Below, piece after piece: positions 9,024 to 18,061 of a stretch of DNA of 64,000 bases. Within the stretch, counting starts at the first letter, position 1. The number at the start of each line of letters is the position of its first letter. Origin of the DNA: Bdellovibrionales bacterium (lineage in GTDB: Bacteria; Bdellovibrionota; Bdellovibrionia; Bdellovibrionales; UBA1609); NCBI GenBank assembly GCA_965203095.1, contig OZ241877.1:864001-928000 (forward strand). The letters run 5' to 3'. The translations under genes were made by a program, and so were the position numbers. Under the pieces are notes generated by a model. It worked only from the letters and a program-made list of their open reading frames with translations, made no database searches and was not told the origin of the DNA.

Positions 9024-9051
9024 TTATCGGTTTATTAGGAGTAAAACTTTA
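9024..9051 (-). promoter_or_regulatory. sigma28 (FliA)-type promoter of the metalloprotease gene
   Basis: Minus strand TAAA-N16-ACCGATAA, ending 7 nt upstream of ATG 9017. Confidence 0.6.
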
Positions 9052-9085
9052 GGTTTTTTTTTGCAAAGATTTGTGGGAGAACCCC

Positions 9086-9230
9086 TGTTTTTACAAGAGC
9101 TGGCTCTTCTGGATTCCCGCTTTCACGGGAGCCAGAAAGTCCGGGGGACTTTCTGGCAAACTCATGGGAATGACTGTGTTCGCGATAGCCAAGCTGAACA
9201 GGAAAAAACTGGCTTTTTCACAAGAGAATT
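9086..9230. repeat. dRS3-like element interrupted by a 12-bp hairpin, ending in a MITE-type terminal motif
   Basis: CTGGCTCTTCTGGATTCCCGCT shared with 5798-5819; GCCAGAAAGTCC-GGG-GGACTTTCTGGC 9131-9157; GGGAATGAC 9166-9174; ACTGGCTTTTTCACAAG shared with 4896-4912. Confidence 0.78.
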
Positions 9231-9301
9231 TAAGATTTTTTGGAGTTTTAGCCAAAAAACATTTGTAAGATATGAAACTTTGTGATACTTGTCCTCTTGT
9301 T

Positions 9302-9571
9302 ATGAAAAAGAATATTCACCCCAAAACTCGCCCTGTGGTTTTTAAAGATGTGTCCAGTGGCTTTCAGATCATCACCCACTCCACTGTGGAGACCAAACAG
9401 AATATAGAGGTCAAGGGGAAAAGCTATCCCTTGGTATCCTTTGATGTTTCCAGTGCCTCTCATCCTTTTTATACGGGCCAACAAAGGCTTGTAGATACAG
9501 AAGGACGAGCCGAAAGGTTTATGAAAAAATACAAAGGTTTTAAATCTTTAGGGAAGAGCACTAAGCCATAG
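9302..9571 (+). CDS. rpmE: 50S ribosomal protein L31 type B (zinc-free)
   Basis: MKKNIHP..VVFKD..DVSSASHPFYTGQQRLVDTEGRAERF; no CxxC. Confidence 0.95.
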   Translation: MKKNIHPKTRPVVFKDVSSGFQIITHSTVETKQNIEVKGKSYPLVSFDVSSASHPFYTGQQRLVDTEGRAERFMKKYKGFKSLGKSTKP

Positions 9572-11132
9572 CTATTTTTTCACTGAGCCGAACCACAGTG
9601 ATTTTAATCAGCCCAGGGTAAGACCGCTCCTGTTCAATTTTTCTCGCAATAAGGCGACTCAAATCCAAAGCCCCTTTGTCGCTGATTTTTTTGTTGTTTA
9701 CAATTACTCTCATCTCCCGCCCCGCACTCATGATGTAGGCGTCCTCAATGTTTTCAAAACTGTCTATAATTCTCTCTAAACTGGCCATTTTTTGATTATA
9801 AGAATCTTCTGTAAATCGCCGGGCCCCTGGCCTGGAACCAGAAATGGAATCCGCAACAATCACTAAATAAGCCAATGCTGTGGAGGGTGATTCATCGTGG
9901 TGATGGGCCCGAACGGCATGCAATATCTCTTCTCTCTCCTTGTGCTTAGAGAGGAAGTCCGCCCCAATCACCGCGTGATTCCCCTCAACGGAATGATCCA
10001 TAGCCTTTCCAATATCGTGAAACATGCCGGATCGATGGGCTGGTTTAATGGGCAAATTCATCTCTGCACTCAACAACCCGCAAAGCCAGCCCACCTCTTC
10101 ACAATGAAAATATTGATTTTGAGCAAAAGAATACCTATATCTTAAAGCCCCCATCATATTTTGCACAGGGGAAGAGATATTTTTAAGCCTTAATTTTCTG
10201 CATATATTTTGCCCGTCCCGGCGGATTTTAGAAAAAAGCTCTTTTTTAGATTGCCGAACAGTGGTTTTAATAATAGGAATATTCACTCTGTGTTTTTTAG
10301 AAAGTTTTTGTAAGGTGATACGGCCCCACTCCCTACGCACAGGATCAATACCCAATACAACAGCCTGTTGATCTTCTGTATTGACCAAAATATCTACCCC
10401 ACACTCTTTTTCAACTTCATTGAGGAAAGCATTTTTCGGACCCATGACCTTCTCCCTTTGCCGGGAAGTTCTAAAAATCACAGGAGGAATTCTTCTTTCC
10501 GGACAATAAACTCGATCAAAGCGACTCAAAACCATATTCAAATGAAAAAAGGAATCCTTTTGAAGATTTTGCCGATTCTGTTTGTCTCGTTTTTCTAAAT
10601 CCTTGTTAATTTTATTCAGCCAACTCTCTTCAATGCTTTCTTTGAGTTCCTTTTTAAACTGCTCCCAATTTATGGAGAACTTTTTTTCCAACTTTTCTGC
10701 TTTTCTTTTTGCAAAAGTTTTTAGATCTGAGAGCAGTTGTGCCTTTTCCTCCGCCCTTTGCCCTGATGTTTGATCCATCTTGTGAATAGTTTTTTTGATT
10801 TGGCTTAGGGATTGATCTCTCTCGCTGTTTTTTAATTTGAACTGATGAAATTTTTTATCCAATTCCGCTTGCCATTCCCTTATCTGTGATTCCCTTTTCT
10901 CTTTTTCTTTTTCAAAAACAGCAATTTTTTGCCTGTTCAGATTATGAAATTCTTTTTGATGGGTTTTAAACAAGGAGTCCGCTTTCTCCTTAGCTAAAAG
11001 AAAAATATGCTCCCCTTCCGCCTTTACCTTTTTCAGTGTGGCTTTTCTCTCTAAATAATTCCAAAATAGAGCTAAAAAAAGACCTACAGGCCATCCGCTG
11101 GCAAAAATATAAAAAAGTTTGTCCCATTCCAT
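9561..11132 (-). CDS. rny: Ribonuclease Y family protein (TM anchor, coiled coil, KH-like, HD domain)
   Basis: RYRYSFAQN, FHDIGKA, HAVIGA, AHH, ADSISGSRPGARR, AGREMRVIV, YPGLIKITVVR. Confidence 0.9.
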   Translation of the reverse strand: MEWDKLFYIFASGWPVGLFLALFWNYLERKATLKKVKAEGEHIFLLAKEKADSLFKTHQKEFHNLNRQKIAVFEKEKEKRESQIREWQAELDKKFHQFKLKNSERDQSLSQIKKTIHKMDQTSGQRAEEKAQLLSDLKTFAKRKAEKLEKKFSINWEQFKKELKESIEESWLNKINKDLEKRDKQNRQNLQKDSFFHLNMVLSRFDRVYCPERRIPPVIFRTSRQREKVMGPKNAFLNEVEKECGVDILVNTEDQQAVVLGIDPVRREWGRITLQKLSKKHRVNIPIIKTTVRQSKKELFSKIRRDGQNICRKLRLKNISSPVQNMMGALRYRYSFAQNQYFHCEEVGWLCGLLSAEMNLPIKPAHRSGMFHDIGKAMDHSVEGNHAVIGADFLSKHKEREEILHAVRAHHHDESPSTALAYLVIVADSISGSRPGARRFTEDSYNQKMASLERIIDSFENIEDAYIMSAGREMRVIVNNKKISDKGALDLSRLIARKIEQERSYPGLIKITVVRLSEKIAMA

Positions 11133-11202
11133 AAAAGGCAGTTTAATGGGTTTTTTACTAAAAATCCATATTTTGTTTGATTCGTGGTTATTTTCTTAAA
11201 TT

Positions 11203-11253
11203 CCTACTTTTCTTACCCTGTTTTGACCAGATATTTCAACTGTGATCAGTATA
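11203..11253 (-). repeat. Dispersed repeat starting TATACTGATCACAGTTGAAAT (copy A)
   Basis: 11233-11253 is the exact reverse complement of 55713-55733; looser similarity continues ~30 nt. Confidence 0.75.
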
Positions 11254-11410
11254 AATTGAGTTGATACTGAAAAAATATCCTCTTAAGCACTTTTGCCTAA
11301 AGGCCGTCCGGTGATGGTCCAAGGTATTGCCGTCCCGAAATGGGACGGACCTTTAGGCAAAGAAACTGAAGAGTCCCTTGTAAATTATAGAGGTTTTTCA
11401 CAGGTGATTA
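11254..11410. mobile_element. MITE-like element, copy 3, 28-nt core in a different 12+6 bp stem
   Basis: Stem 11292-11361, core 11312-11339; right end ATAGAGGTTTTTCACAGGTGATTA matches the reverse complement of the left end of copy 2. Confidence 0.8.
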
Positions 11411-11423
11411 AATTTATCAGGAA

Positions 11424-12047
11424 TTAAGGGAAAAGCCTTTGTTTTTTCCAACCCTTACTGGTTTTTTGGAATAAAAAGCGATCATGCAGGCGATGCCTTC
11501 GATTTTTCCAAAATTCTATTTTTTGGATAAATAAGGCATAGCCCCCCCATTGTTTGGGGCAAGGGATGTTTTTCTTGCGAAATGTGTTTTTTGCAATACT
11601 TTTTAAGTTTTCCAACTCTTCCCTGGAAGAGAGGGGTTGGGATTGCCGGGATATCCACTGGCTGAGCTGGCTCTCCCGACTTCTTGAATCCCAATACAAA
11701 ACGGATTTTCTCCTGCTGATTTTTTTAACAGGTCCCTCTATGCGAATCTGTCGCCCCAACTGAGGCCAATAAAAATTCATAGCTGTTAGGGGGTGGTTTT
11801 GTATGCATTGCCCTTTTTCACTCAAATAATTGGTGTAAAAAATAAGCTGACTATTTTGAAACTGCTTGAGAAGGACTACCCTTGAGCTGACACCTCTTTT
11901 AGACCTTGTAGATAAAACCATAGCCCAAGGCTCTTCTAAATGAGGAATCTGCTTGGCCTCCCTCAACCACTGGTCTAAAAGTTTTAGAGGATCTGTCTCT
12001 GTCAAATGTTTTTTAATGCCTTTATCTTTTTTAATAATAACCTCCAT
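11424..12047 (-). CDS. pdxH: Pyridoxamine 5'-phosphate oxidase
   Basis: SSRVVLLK, FYTNYLSEKG, RQIRIEG, SRSRESQ, WGGY, IEFWKNRRHRLHDR. Confidence 0.95.
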   Translation of the reverse strand: MEVIIKKDKGIKKHLTETDPLKLLDQWLREAKQIPHLEEPWAMVLSTRSKRGVSSRVVLLKQFQNSQLIFYTNYLSEKGQCIQNHPLTAMNFYWPQLGRQIRIEGPVKKISRRKSVLYWDSRSRESQLSQWISRQSQPLSSREELENLKSIAKNTFRKKNIPCPKQWGGYALFIQKIEFWKNRRHRLHDRFLFQKTSKGWKKQRLFP

Positions 12048-12139
12048 AAATTATATTTTCGCTTTGAGCCTTCACAGGTTCAAACTCAACATATTTGAGG
12101 GCCGACACATAGGCCGACCCTCAAAAGCAGTTGTTTTCA

Positions 12140-12459
12140 GGATAGGCGATAAGCCGGATTCTGTCTGCCTTTTTCCTACTAAAAAAGGGAAACGGTGATT
12201 CCTCTAAGAGTTTTGTTGCCAAAACCCTTTTGCGATCAACCCGAAGGCACTGCCTCTTGGCTCAGGATAGCCTTCCTATTTGATCTCGCTCCGGGCAGAG
12301 TTTAGCTGATTTCACTCCAGCACCGGTAAAAACCGGCCGGATATTCTTTCTGTTCCACTGGTCCGCGCCTTTCGGCGGAAGGCGGTTAGCCTTTGCCTTG
12401 CCAAAGGAGTCCGGACTTTCCTCTTTGCCCTTATGGGCAAAGCCACCGTTTGCCTATCC
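12140..12459 (-). ncRNA. rnpB: RNase P RNA (bacterial type A), ~320 nt
   Basis: Minus strand GAGGAAAGTCCGGACTCC near the 5' end and GACAGAATCCGGCTTAT near the 3' end; P1 helix GGATAGGC/GCCTATCC. Confidence 0.96.
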
Positions 12460-12641
12460 AAAAAAAGCCTATCAGAACATAGCCAAAAAAGCAACCAAAA
12501 CATCTCCCACTTCTAAAGGCTTAAAATTTCCCAAACAAAACTTGAAAAGCGGTTTCTGGCCTCAATACCCGGCAAAGATTTTGTTTATATTCTTGTTTTA
12601 GCTGAGCCACAATTTGAAGAGAATGCACTGGTTTTAATTTT

Positions 12642-12716
12642 TCAGAATAATATGTCAGAGATTTTAGATAAGTCCCTCATAATATCCCGTTCAATAAATC
12701 TCTTCATATTCGCCAT
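12642..12716 (-). pseudogene. Possible N-terminal remnant of an AAA_14/DUF4143-type ATPase gene
   Basis: MANMKRFIERDIMRDLSK then stop before any Walker A; preceded by a long palindrome. Confidence 0.3.
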
Positions 12717-12768
12717 TTTATACTCTATTCCAAAATAGTCAAGGCTATATTGGAATAGAGTGCAAAAT
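12715..12768. repeat. 26-bp imperfect inverted repeat (operator-like)
   Basis: ATTTTATACTCTATTCCAAAATAGTC-AA-GGCTATATTGGAATAGAGTGCAAAAT; perfect 12-bp core ACTCTATTCCAA/TTGGAATAGAGT. Confidence 0.75.
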
Positions 12769-12976
12769 AGCTGACTACAAAAGACTTTTTGCTTTGTGTC
12801 TATTTTTTTTAAGGCTTTTATCCGACCACCGGACATTTGACATTCTGAAAAAGGGTTTTAGTCCAGTTTTTGTTCTTTTCCTTAATGCAGAGCGGGTTCC
12901 TTTAAAAATCAGCCTTTTTCTCAATCCCTCAGTATGGTATTTTTTATGTCAGCAGGGCAAAAAATAAAAGGCTAAT

Positions 12977-14344
12977 ATGTCTCTTAAACTTAGACTGGGC
13001 TTAAACCAAAAAATTGCACTTTCACAAAGGTTAAGGCAATCTCTTTCGATTTTGTCCTTATCTTATGAGGAATTGCTGAAAGCCATTCAACAAGAACTTT
13101 TAGAAAATCCTTTTTTGTCAGAAGTTAAATCACCAAAAGGCTTTGATTCATCAAATTTTCAAATGCCTCTGCCCCGGACAAATCACAACAAAACTGGGCC
13201 TGTTTCTCAAGTTTTTTCAGCAGAGCTTTTAAGTGAGCCGGAGTCCCTCAGAAGTTATATTCTAAAACAAGTGGATATGTCTTTTTTTCCGAAAGAAGTA
13301 AAAGCTGTTATGCTCTGTTTGATCTCCTATTTAGATGATAGAGCTTATCTTAATTTAGACATAGAAGAACTGTCTAAAAGGGAAAAGATCCCTCTTTTTT
13401 TAGTAGAGCAATCCCTTAAGGCTTTGCAAAGCCTTGAGCCAGTGGGCTTAGGTGGAAGAGATCTTAAAGAATGCCTTTTAATTCAGTTAAGACATAAAAA
13501 AGAGGACACAAAACAGGCCCAGCAAATAGTTCAGCATCACTTGCAGAATATAAAGGAAAAAAAGTTTCGGGCCATAGCTTATGATCTCAATATTTCTTTA
13601 GAAGACTGCATGAAATACTGCCGTATGATTCAGTCTTTAGAGCCTTTTCCCGGCAGAAACTTCTCCCCTCAACCCACAACCTTTATCCGCCCCGACATCT
13701 ATATCTATAAACAAAACTCAACTTACTATGTCACTTTAAATCAAGAGGAATTTCCAAGATTAAGGGTTTCCTCTGAATACAGAAGATCAATTAAAAGATC
13801 AGGCCAGTTTAAGCCTCAAGAGCAAAAATATTTTAGAGATAAAATAATCTCTGCTCATTGGTTTCTCTACTCTGTCAAGCAAAGGCAGGAGAAGATCAAA
13901 AAAATTGCCTATTATCTCATCCATAATCAAAGGGATTTTTTGGAAAAAGGAAGTGCCCACCTCAAACCCTTAAGGATGCAGGATATGGCGGAGGCTTTGT
14001 CTGTTCATGTGTCCACAATCAGCCGGGCCGTTTATAATAAATACGCTTGGACCCCTCAGGGAATGGTAGATTTAAGATCTTTCTTTCAAAAGGGATTGAA
14101 AACTGAAAATGGGGCTTTTGTTTCCAAACAGAAAATCAAACAAGCTATAAAACAATGGGTGAAAGAGGAAAAGCCCTCACAACCCCTTTCTGACAAACAA
14201 CTGAAAGACAAAGTCTATGAAAAATTCCATATCTGTCTATTGAGGAGAAGTGTTAGCCTTTATCGATCCTCTATGGGCATCCCCCCCATAAGAGTAAGGC
14301 GGTTAGGCTACTCCCACTCTCTTGACCATTCGCCCGCCTCCTAA
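12977..14344 (+). CDS. rpoN: RNA polymerase sigma-54 factor
   Basis: Gln/Leu region I, ELLENPFL, LEPVGLGGRDLKECLLIQL, LKPLRMQDMA..HVSTISRA HTH, PLSD, divergent RpoN box. Confidence 0.93.
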   Translation: MSLKLRLGLNQKIALSQRLRQSLSILSLSYEELLKAIQQELLENPFLSEVKSPKGFDSSNFQMPLPRTNHNKTGPVSQVFSAELLSEPESLRSYILKQVDMSFFPKEVKAVMLCLISYLDDRAYLNLDIEELSKREKIPLFLVEQSLKALQSLEPVGLGGRDLKECLLIQLRHKKEDTKQAQQIVQHHLQNIKEKKFRAIAYDLNISLEDCMKYCRMIQSLEPFPGRNFSPQPTTFIRPDIYIYKQNSTYYVTLNQEEFPRLRVSSEYRRSIKRSGQFKPQEQKYFRDKIISAHWFLYSVKQRQEKIKKIAYYLIHNQRDFLEKGSAHLKPLRMQDMAEALSVHVSTISRAVYNKYAWTPQGMVDLRSFFQKGLKTENGAFVSKQKIKQAIKQWVKEEKPSQPLSDKQLKDKVYEKFHICLLRRSVSLYRSSMGIPPIRVRRLGYSHSLDHSPAS

Positions 14345-14505
14345 CTTTGATTCATGGGTATTTAAGAGCTTTTTTTTCAATATTTCTGCATATAGAGCCT
14401 CAAAAAGCCTATTTTGATTGAATTTTAACAAGCAAAGTAAGAAAAATAAAAGTTGCTTTTGGACTTTGTCAATGATAGACAAGGGAAACTTTTAAAAAGG
14501 CAGTT

Positions 14506-15387
14506 ATGCAAGAATTGAGTTTAGAAAATTTAATTGGTGCCGGTGTTCATTTTGGCCATGAGATTCGAAAATGGAATCCCAAGATGAAAGCCTTTGTTTA
14601 TCGCACTCAAGGGGGAATCCATATTATTGACCTCCAAAAAACCATAGTTTACGCCAAAAAAGCTATGGCTTTTTTAGAGCAAATCACCTCTGAGGGAGGT
14701 CGTGTGCTTTTTGTGGGAACCAAAATTCAAGCCCTATCTATAGCCAGGGCGGAAGCTGAAGCTTCTCATCAGTTTTATGTAAACAAAAGATGGTTTGGGG
14801 GTACTCTGACTAATTTTGAAACATTAAAAATCAGTATCGAAAGGATGAAGAAGATCCAGAAAATTAAAGAACGATTTGATTTGGATCGCTACTCTAAAAA
14901 AGAGAGGAGCCGTATTGAAAAAGAATACAATAAAATGGAGGAATGCCTTTGCGGGATAAAAGATATGAAAGATATTCCCTCTGCCCTTTTTATTTTGGAC
15001 ATTAACAAGGAAAGAATAGCCTTAAACGAGGCCAAAAAACTGAATATTCCAGTGGTGGCACTTGTGGACACAAACTGTGATCCCTCTTTGGTAGATTTTC
15101 CCATTCCTGCTAACGATGATTCCTCTCGCTCCATTAAACTTTTTACTCACTTGGCCGGAAATGCCTGTAAAAGAGGTTGGGATAAGAGGGAGAAATCTTC
15201 ATCAAATCAAAAAAAAGAAACAGATAAAAATTCCATTAGCAAAAGCCAACCCGCTGGGGAAGGCCCTAAAGTTGTCAATTTGAGTAAAAACCGAAAATTA
15301 GTGGCCGCAGGCACAGCAGAGGATATGGAAATTAAAATGGAGTTAGAAAAAGATTCTACTGGTAAGGTAAAAAATCAATCTAAGTGA
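14506..15387 (+). CDS. rpsB: 30S ribosomal protein S2
   Basis: [41 protein letters not shown]. Confidence 0.97.
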   Translation: MQELSLENLIGAGVHFGHEIRKWNPKMKAFVYRTQGGIHIIDLQKTIVYAKKAMAFLEQITSEGGRVLFVGTKIQALSIARAEAEASHQFYVNKRWFGGTLTNFETLKISIERMKKIQKIKERFDLDRYSKKERSRIEKEYNKMEECLCGIKDMKDIPSALFILDINKERIALNEAKKLNIPVVALVDTNCDPSLVDFPIPANDDSSRSIKLFTHLAGNACKRGWDKREKSSSNQKKETDKNSISKSQPAGEGPKVVNLSKNRKLVAAGTAEDMEIKMELEKDSTGKVKNQSK

Positions 15388-15398
15388 AGGGAGTCGAT

Positions 15399-16043
15399 AT
15401 GTCCAATATTCCTCTTAAAGAAATTCAACGGCTGAGGCAGAGGACAGGTGCCGGGATTATGGACTGCAAACAGGCCCTTAAATCCTCTAAAGGCCAGTTT
15501 GACCAAGCTGTAGATTGGCTGAGAAAAAAGGGAATAGCTACAGCTAATAAAAAATCCGATAGAACAGCTCGCCAAGGATCTGTATCCGCTTATATTCATG
15601 CTGATGGCCGTATTGGAGTTTTGTTGGAGGTCAATTCAGAAACAGATTTTGTGGCCCGAAATGAAAGCTTTAAAACCTTTGTCAAAGAGCTTAGCTTACA
15701 TATCACAGCCATGAACCCTCTTTATATTCAAGATGAGGACATTCCTAAAGAAAGAAAAACAAAGGAACAGCAAGTTTTTAAAGAACAAGCCCAGTCTAAA
15801 GCCAAAGATCCCTCCATAATCCATCGTATATCTGAGGGGCTTTATAAAAAATGGAGGAGTGAAGTTTGCTTACTGGATCAGGAGTTTGTTAAAGAAAAGG
15901 CAGAGCAAAAAGAGACTGTCCGCCAAGCACTTAACAAATTGATTGCCAAAACTGGAGAAAATATTGTGATTCGCCGTTTTGTCCGTTTTGCCTTAGGGGA
16001 GACGGAAAGCCGTCCCCATAAATCATCAGAAAGTCAGGTCTAA
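15399..16043 (+). CDS. tsf: Elongation factor Ts (short type)
   Basis: LRQRTGAGIMDCKQAL, EVNSETDFVARN, GENIVIRRFVRF. Confidence 0.97.
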   Translation: MSNIPLKEIQRLRQRTGAGIMDCKQALKSSKGQFDQAVDWLRKKGIATANKKSDRTARQGSVSAYIHADGRIGVLLEVNSETDFVARNESFKTFVKELSLHITAMNPLYIQDEDIPKERKTKEQQVFKEQAQSKAKDPSIIHRISEGLYKKWRSEVCLLDQEFVKEKAEQKETVRQALNKLIAKTGENIVIRRFVRFALGETESRPHKSSESQV

Positions 16044-16045
16044 TT

Positions 16046-16774
16046 TTGTCTAAAAAAGCTGTTTATAAAAAAGTTCTTATTAAAATTAGCGGGGAAATAT
16101 TATCTGGAGAACAAAATTTTGGCATAAATCCCTCTATTCTAAATCAGTTGGCTGAGGACTTAAAACAGCTGATCGATCTCAAAGTCCAAGTGGCAGTGGT
16201 GATTGGTGGTGGGAATATTTTTCGTGGAGAAGAAGCTTCTCGAAAAGGTATGAACCGGGTCAGTTCCGATCACATGGGCATGTTAGCGACTTGCATTAAC
16301 GGCTTGGCTTTACAAAATGTTTTGGAACAAAACCAAGTAGAAACAAGGGTCCTTTCAGCCATTGAGATTTCAGACATGGCTGAGCCTTACATTCACCGCC
16401 GAGCTTTACGACACCTTGAAAAAAACCGACTTTTAATTTTTTCTGGCGGGACGGGCAACCCTTACTTTTCAACAGATACCGCCGCGGCCCTTCGTGCGAT
16501 GGAAATTTCAGCAGAGGTTTTATTAAAAGCAACTAAAGTGGATGGTATTTTTGACAAAGACCCTAAAAAGAATAAAAACTGCAAAAAGTTTGATCAGATA
16601 AGTTATACAGATGTTTTAAAAAAGAATCTTAAAGTTATGGACGGGGCAGCTGTGAGTTTGTGCCGGGATAACAATATGCCCTTAATCACCTTCAACCTTA
16701 AGATAAAAGGGAATTTATCTCGTGTGATTTGTGGGGAAAAGATAGGAACTTTAATCCAAAAGGATGTTTTATAA
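16046..16774 (+). CDS. pyrH: UMP kinase
   Basis: IKISGE, GGGNIFRG, DHMGMLAT, GTGNPYFSTD, LKVMD. Confidence 0.97.
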   Translation: MSKKAVYKKVLIKISGEILSGEQNFGINPSILNQLAEDLKQLIDLKVQVAVVIGGGNIFRGEEASRKGMNRVSSDHMGMLATCINGLALQNVLEQNQVETRVLSAIEISDMAEPYIHRRALRHLEKNRLLIFSGGTGNPYFSTDTAAALRAMEISAEVLLKATKVDGIFDKDPKKNKNCKKFDQISYTDVLKKNLKVMDGAAVSLCRDNNMPLITFNLKIKGNLSRVICGEKIGTLIQKDVL

Positions 16775-16796
16775 TTAAAAACCAGAGGAGTTGCCA

Positions 16797-17354
16797 ATGT
16801 TTGATGAATATGCAAAACAGGCCCAAGCCAAAATGAAAGGCAATGTAGAGGCTTTTCGTGCAAGAGTCAGGAAAATTCGAACAGGGCGAGCCAGCCCGGC
16901 ACTTTTAGAATCAGTCCATGTGATTTACTATGGAAGTTCCACCCCTTTGCTACAGATGGCTAATATCAGCACTCCCTCACCTCGCCAGCTGGTGGTGACA
17001 CCTTGGGATTTAAAGGCTTTAAAAGATATTCAACAAGCTTTGACTAAAGCCAACATAGGGGCTAACCCTCAAATTGACGAAAAGATCATTCGGTTAACAC
17101 TTCCTGAACTTACAGAAGAAAGACGAAAAGAGTTAGTTAAAGAGGTAAAAAAAATGGCGGAAAAATGCCGCGTGGATTTACGAAACAGCCGTCGCTCTGT
17201 TAATGAGGAAATTAAAAAAGCACAAAAAGAAAAAGTTTTAAGCGAAGATGATCAAAAACTTTTAATAGATAAAATACAAAAAGTCACAGACGATTTTATA
17301 AAGCAAGTGGAACAAATTGTTCAATCTAAGGAAAAAGAAATTTTGGAGTTTTAA
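16797..17354 (+). CDS. frr: Ribosome recycling factor
   Basis: IRTGRASP, YYGS, LTEERRKELVK. Confidence 0.97.
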   Translation: MFDEYAKQAQAKMKGNVEAFRARVRKIRTGRASPALLESVHVIYYGSSTPLLQMANISTPSPRQLVVTPWDLKALKDIQQALTKANIGANPQIDEKIIRLTLPELTEERRKELVKEVKKMAEKCRVDLRNSRRSVNEEIKKAQKEKVLSEDDQKLLIDKIQKVTDDFIKQVEQIVQSKEKEILEF

Positions 17355-17356
17355 TT

Positions 17357-18061
17357 TTGCCCTCCCTGCCTTTAAAGCATTTGGCTTTGATTATGGATGG
17401 CAATGGCCGATGGGCTGAGAAACAGAGGCACTCCCGTATTTTTGGTCATGTCCGGGGGGCAAAAACGGCCCAAACGATCATTAAATACTGTTCTCAAATT
17501 CAACTGCCTTTTTTAAGTCTTTTTACCCTCAGTGCTGAAAATATTTTTCGTCCTAAAGAGGAAGTCAAAAACCTAACCCGGTTGTTAAAAAAAGTTTTTG
17601 TTCAGCGAACTGATCTTTTACTTGAAGAGCAGATTCAACTGAATATTTTAGGAGATCTTTCTATTTTCTCTTCTGATTTGAGGGAGCTTTGCCTTTCGCT
17701 TTGTAAAAAAACCAAAAAGCATAAAGGCTTGCGTTTGATTGTAGCTTTAAATTATGGTGGACGACAAGAGATTTTACAGGCTGTTCAAAAAATAGCTCAA
17801 GCCGTTCAGCAAAACAAAATCCAACCTCAGCAATTAGACGAAAGCCGGTGGGCCTCTTTCCTATCCTCTTCTTGTTTCCCTCCTCCAGATATGATTATTC
17901 GGACAGGAGGAAAGGTCCGCCTCTCTAATTTTTATTTATGGTCTGCCGCCTATTCTGAACTTTATTTTACAGATATTTTATGGCCGGACTTCAGCAAAGA
18001 GGACTTGTGTAAAGCTCTGCAAAATTTCTCCTCATCTCAAAGAAAATTTGGAAAACTTTAA
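17357..18061 (+). CDS. uppS: Undecaprenyl diphosphate synthase
   Basis: IMDGNGRWA, ALNYGGRQEI, IIRTGG..RLSNF, LWPDF, RKFG. Confidence 0.95.
   Translation: MPSLPLKHLALIMDGNGRWAEKQRHSRIFGHVRGAKTAQTIIKYCSQIQLPFLSLFTLSAENIFRPKEEVKNLTRLLKKVFVQRTDLLLEEQIQLNILGDLSIFSSDLRELCLSLCKKTKKHKGLRLIVALNYGGRQEILQAVQKIAQAVQQNKIQPQQLDESRWASFLSSSCFPPPDMIIRTGGKVRLSNFYLWSAAYSELYFTDILWPDFSKEDLCKALQNFSSSQRKFGKL

Noticed and set aside
9061..9285. Short ORFs of 74 and 65 aa upstream of rpmE
   Set aside because: Translations of the dRS3-like repeat (LDSRFHG, WIPAFTG)
11304..11348. 28-nt core as a hammerhead or twister ribozyme (TGATG..CGAAA; GAGGG..GTCCC)
   Set aside because: No CUGAUGA/UH arrangement with three stems, and no twister UAA or P4 elements; the resemblance is only partial
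12312..12601. Short ORFs of 63 and 67 aa
   Set aside because: They overlap the RNase P RNA gene; no protein motifs
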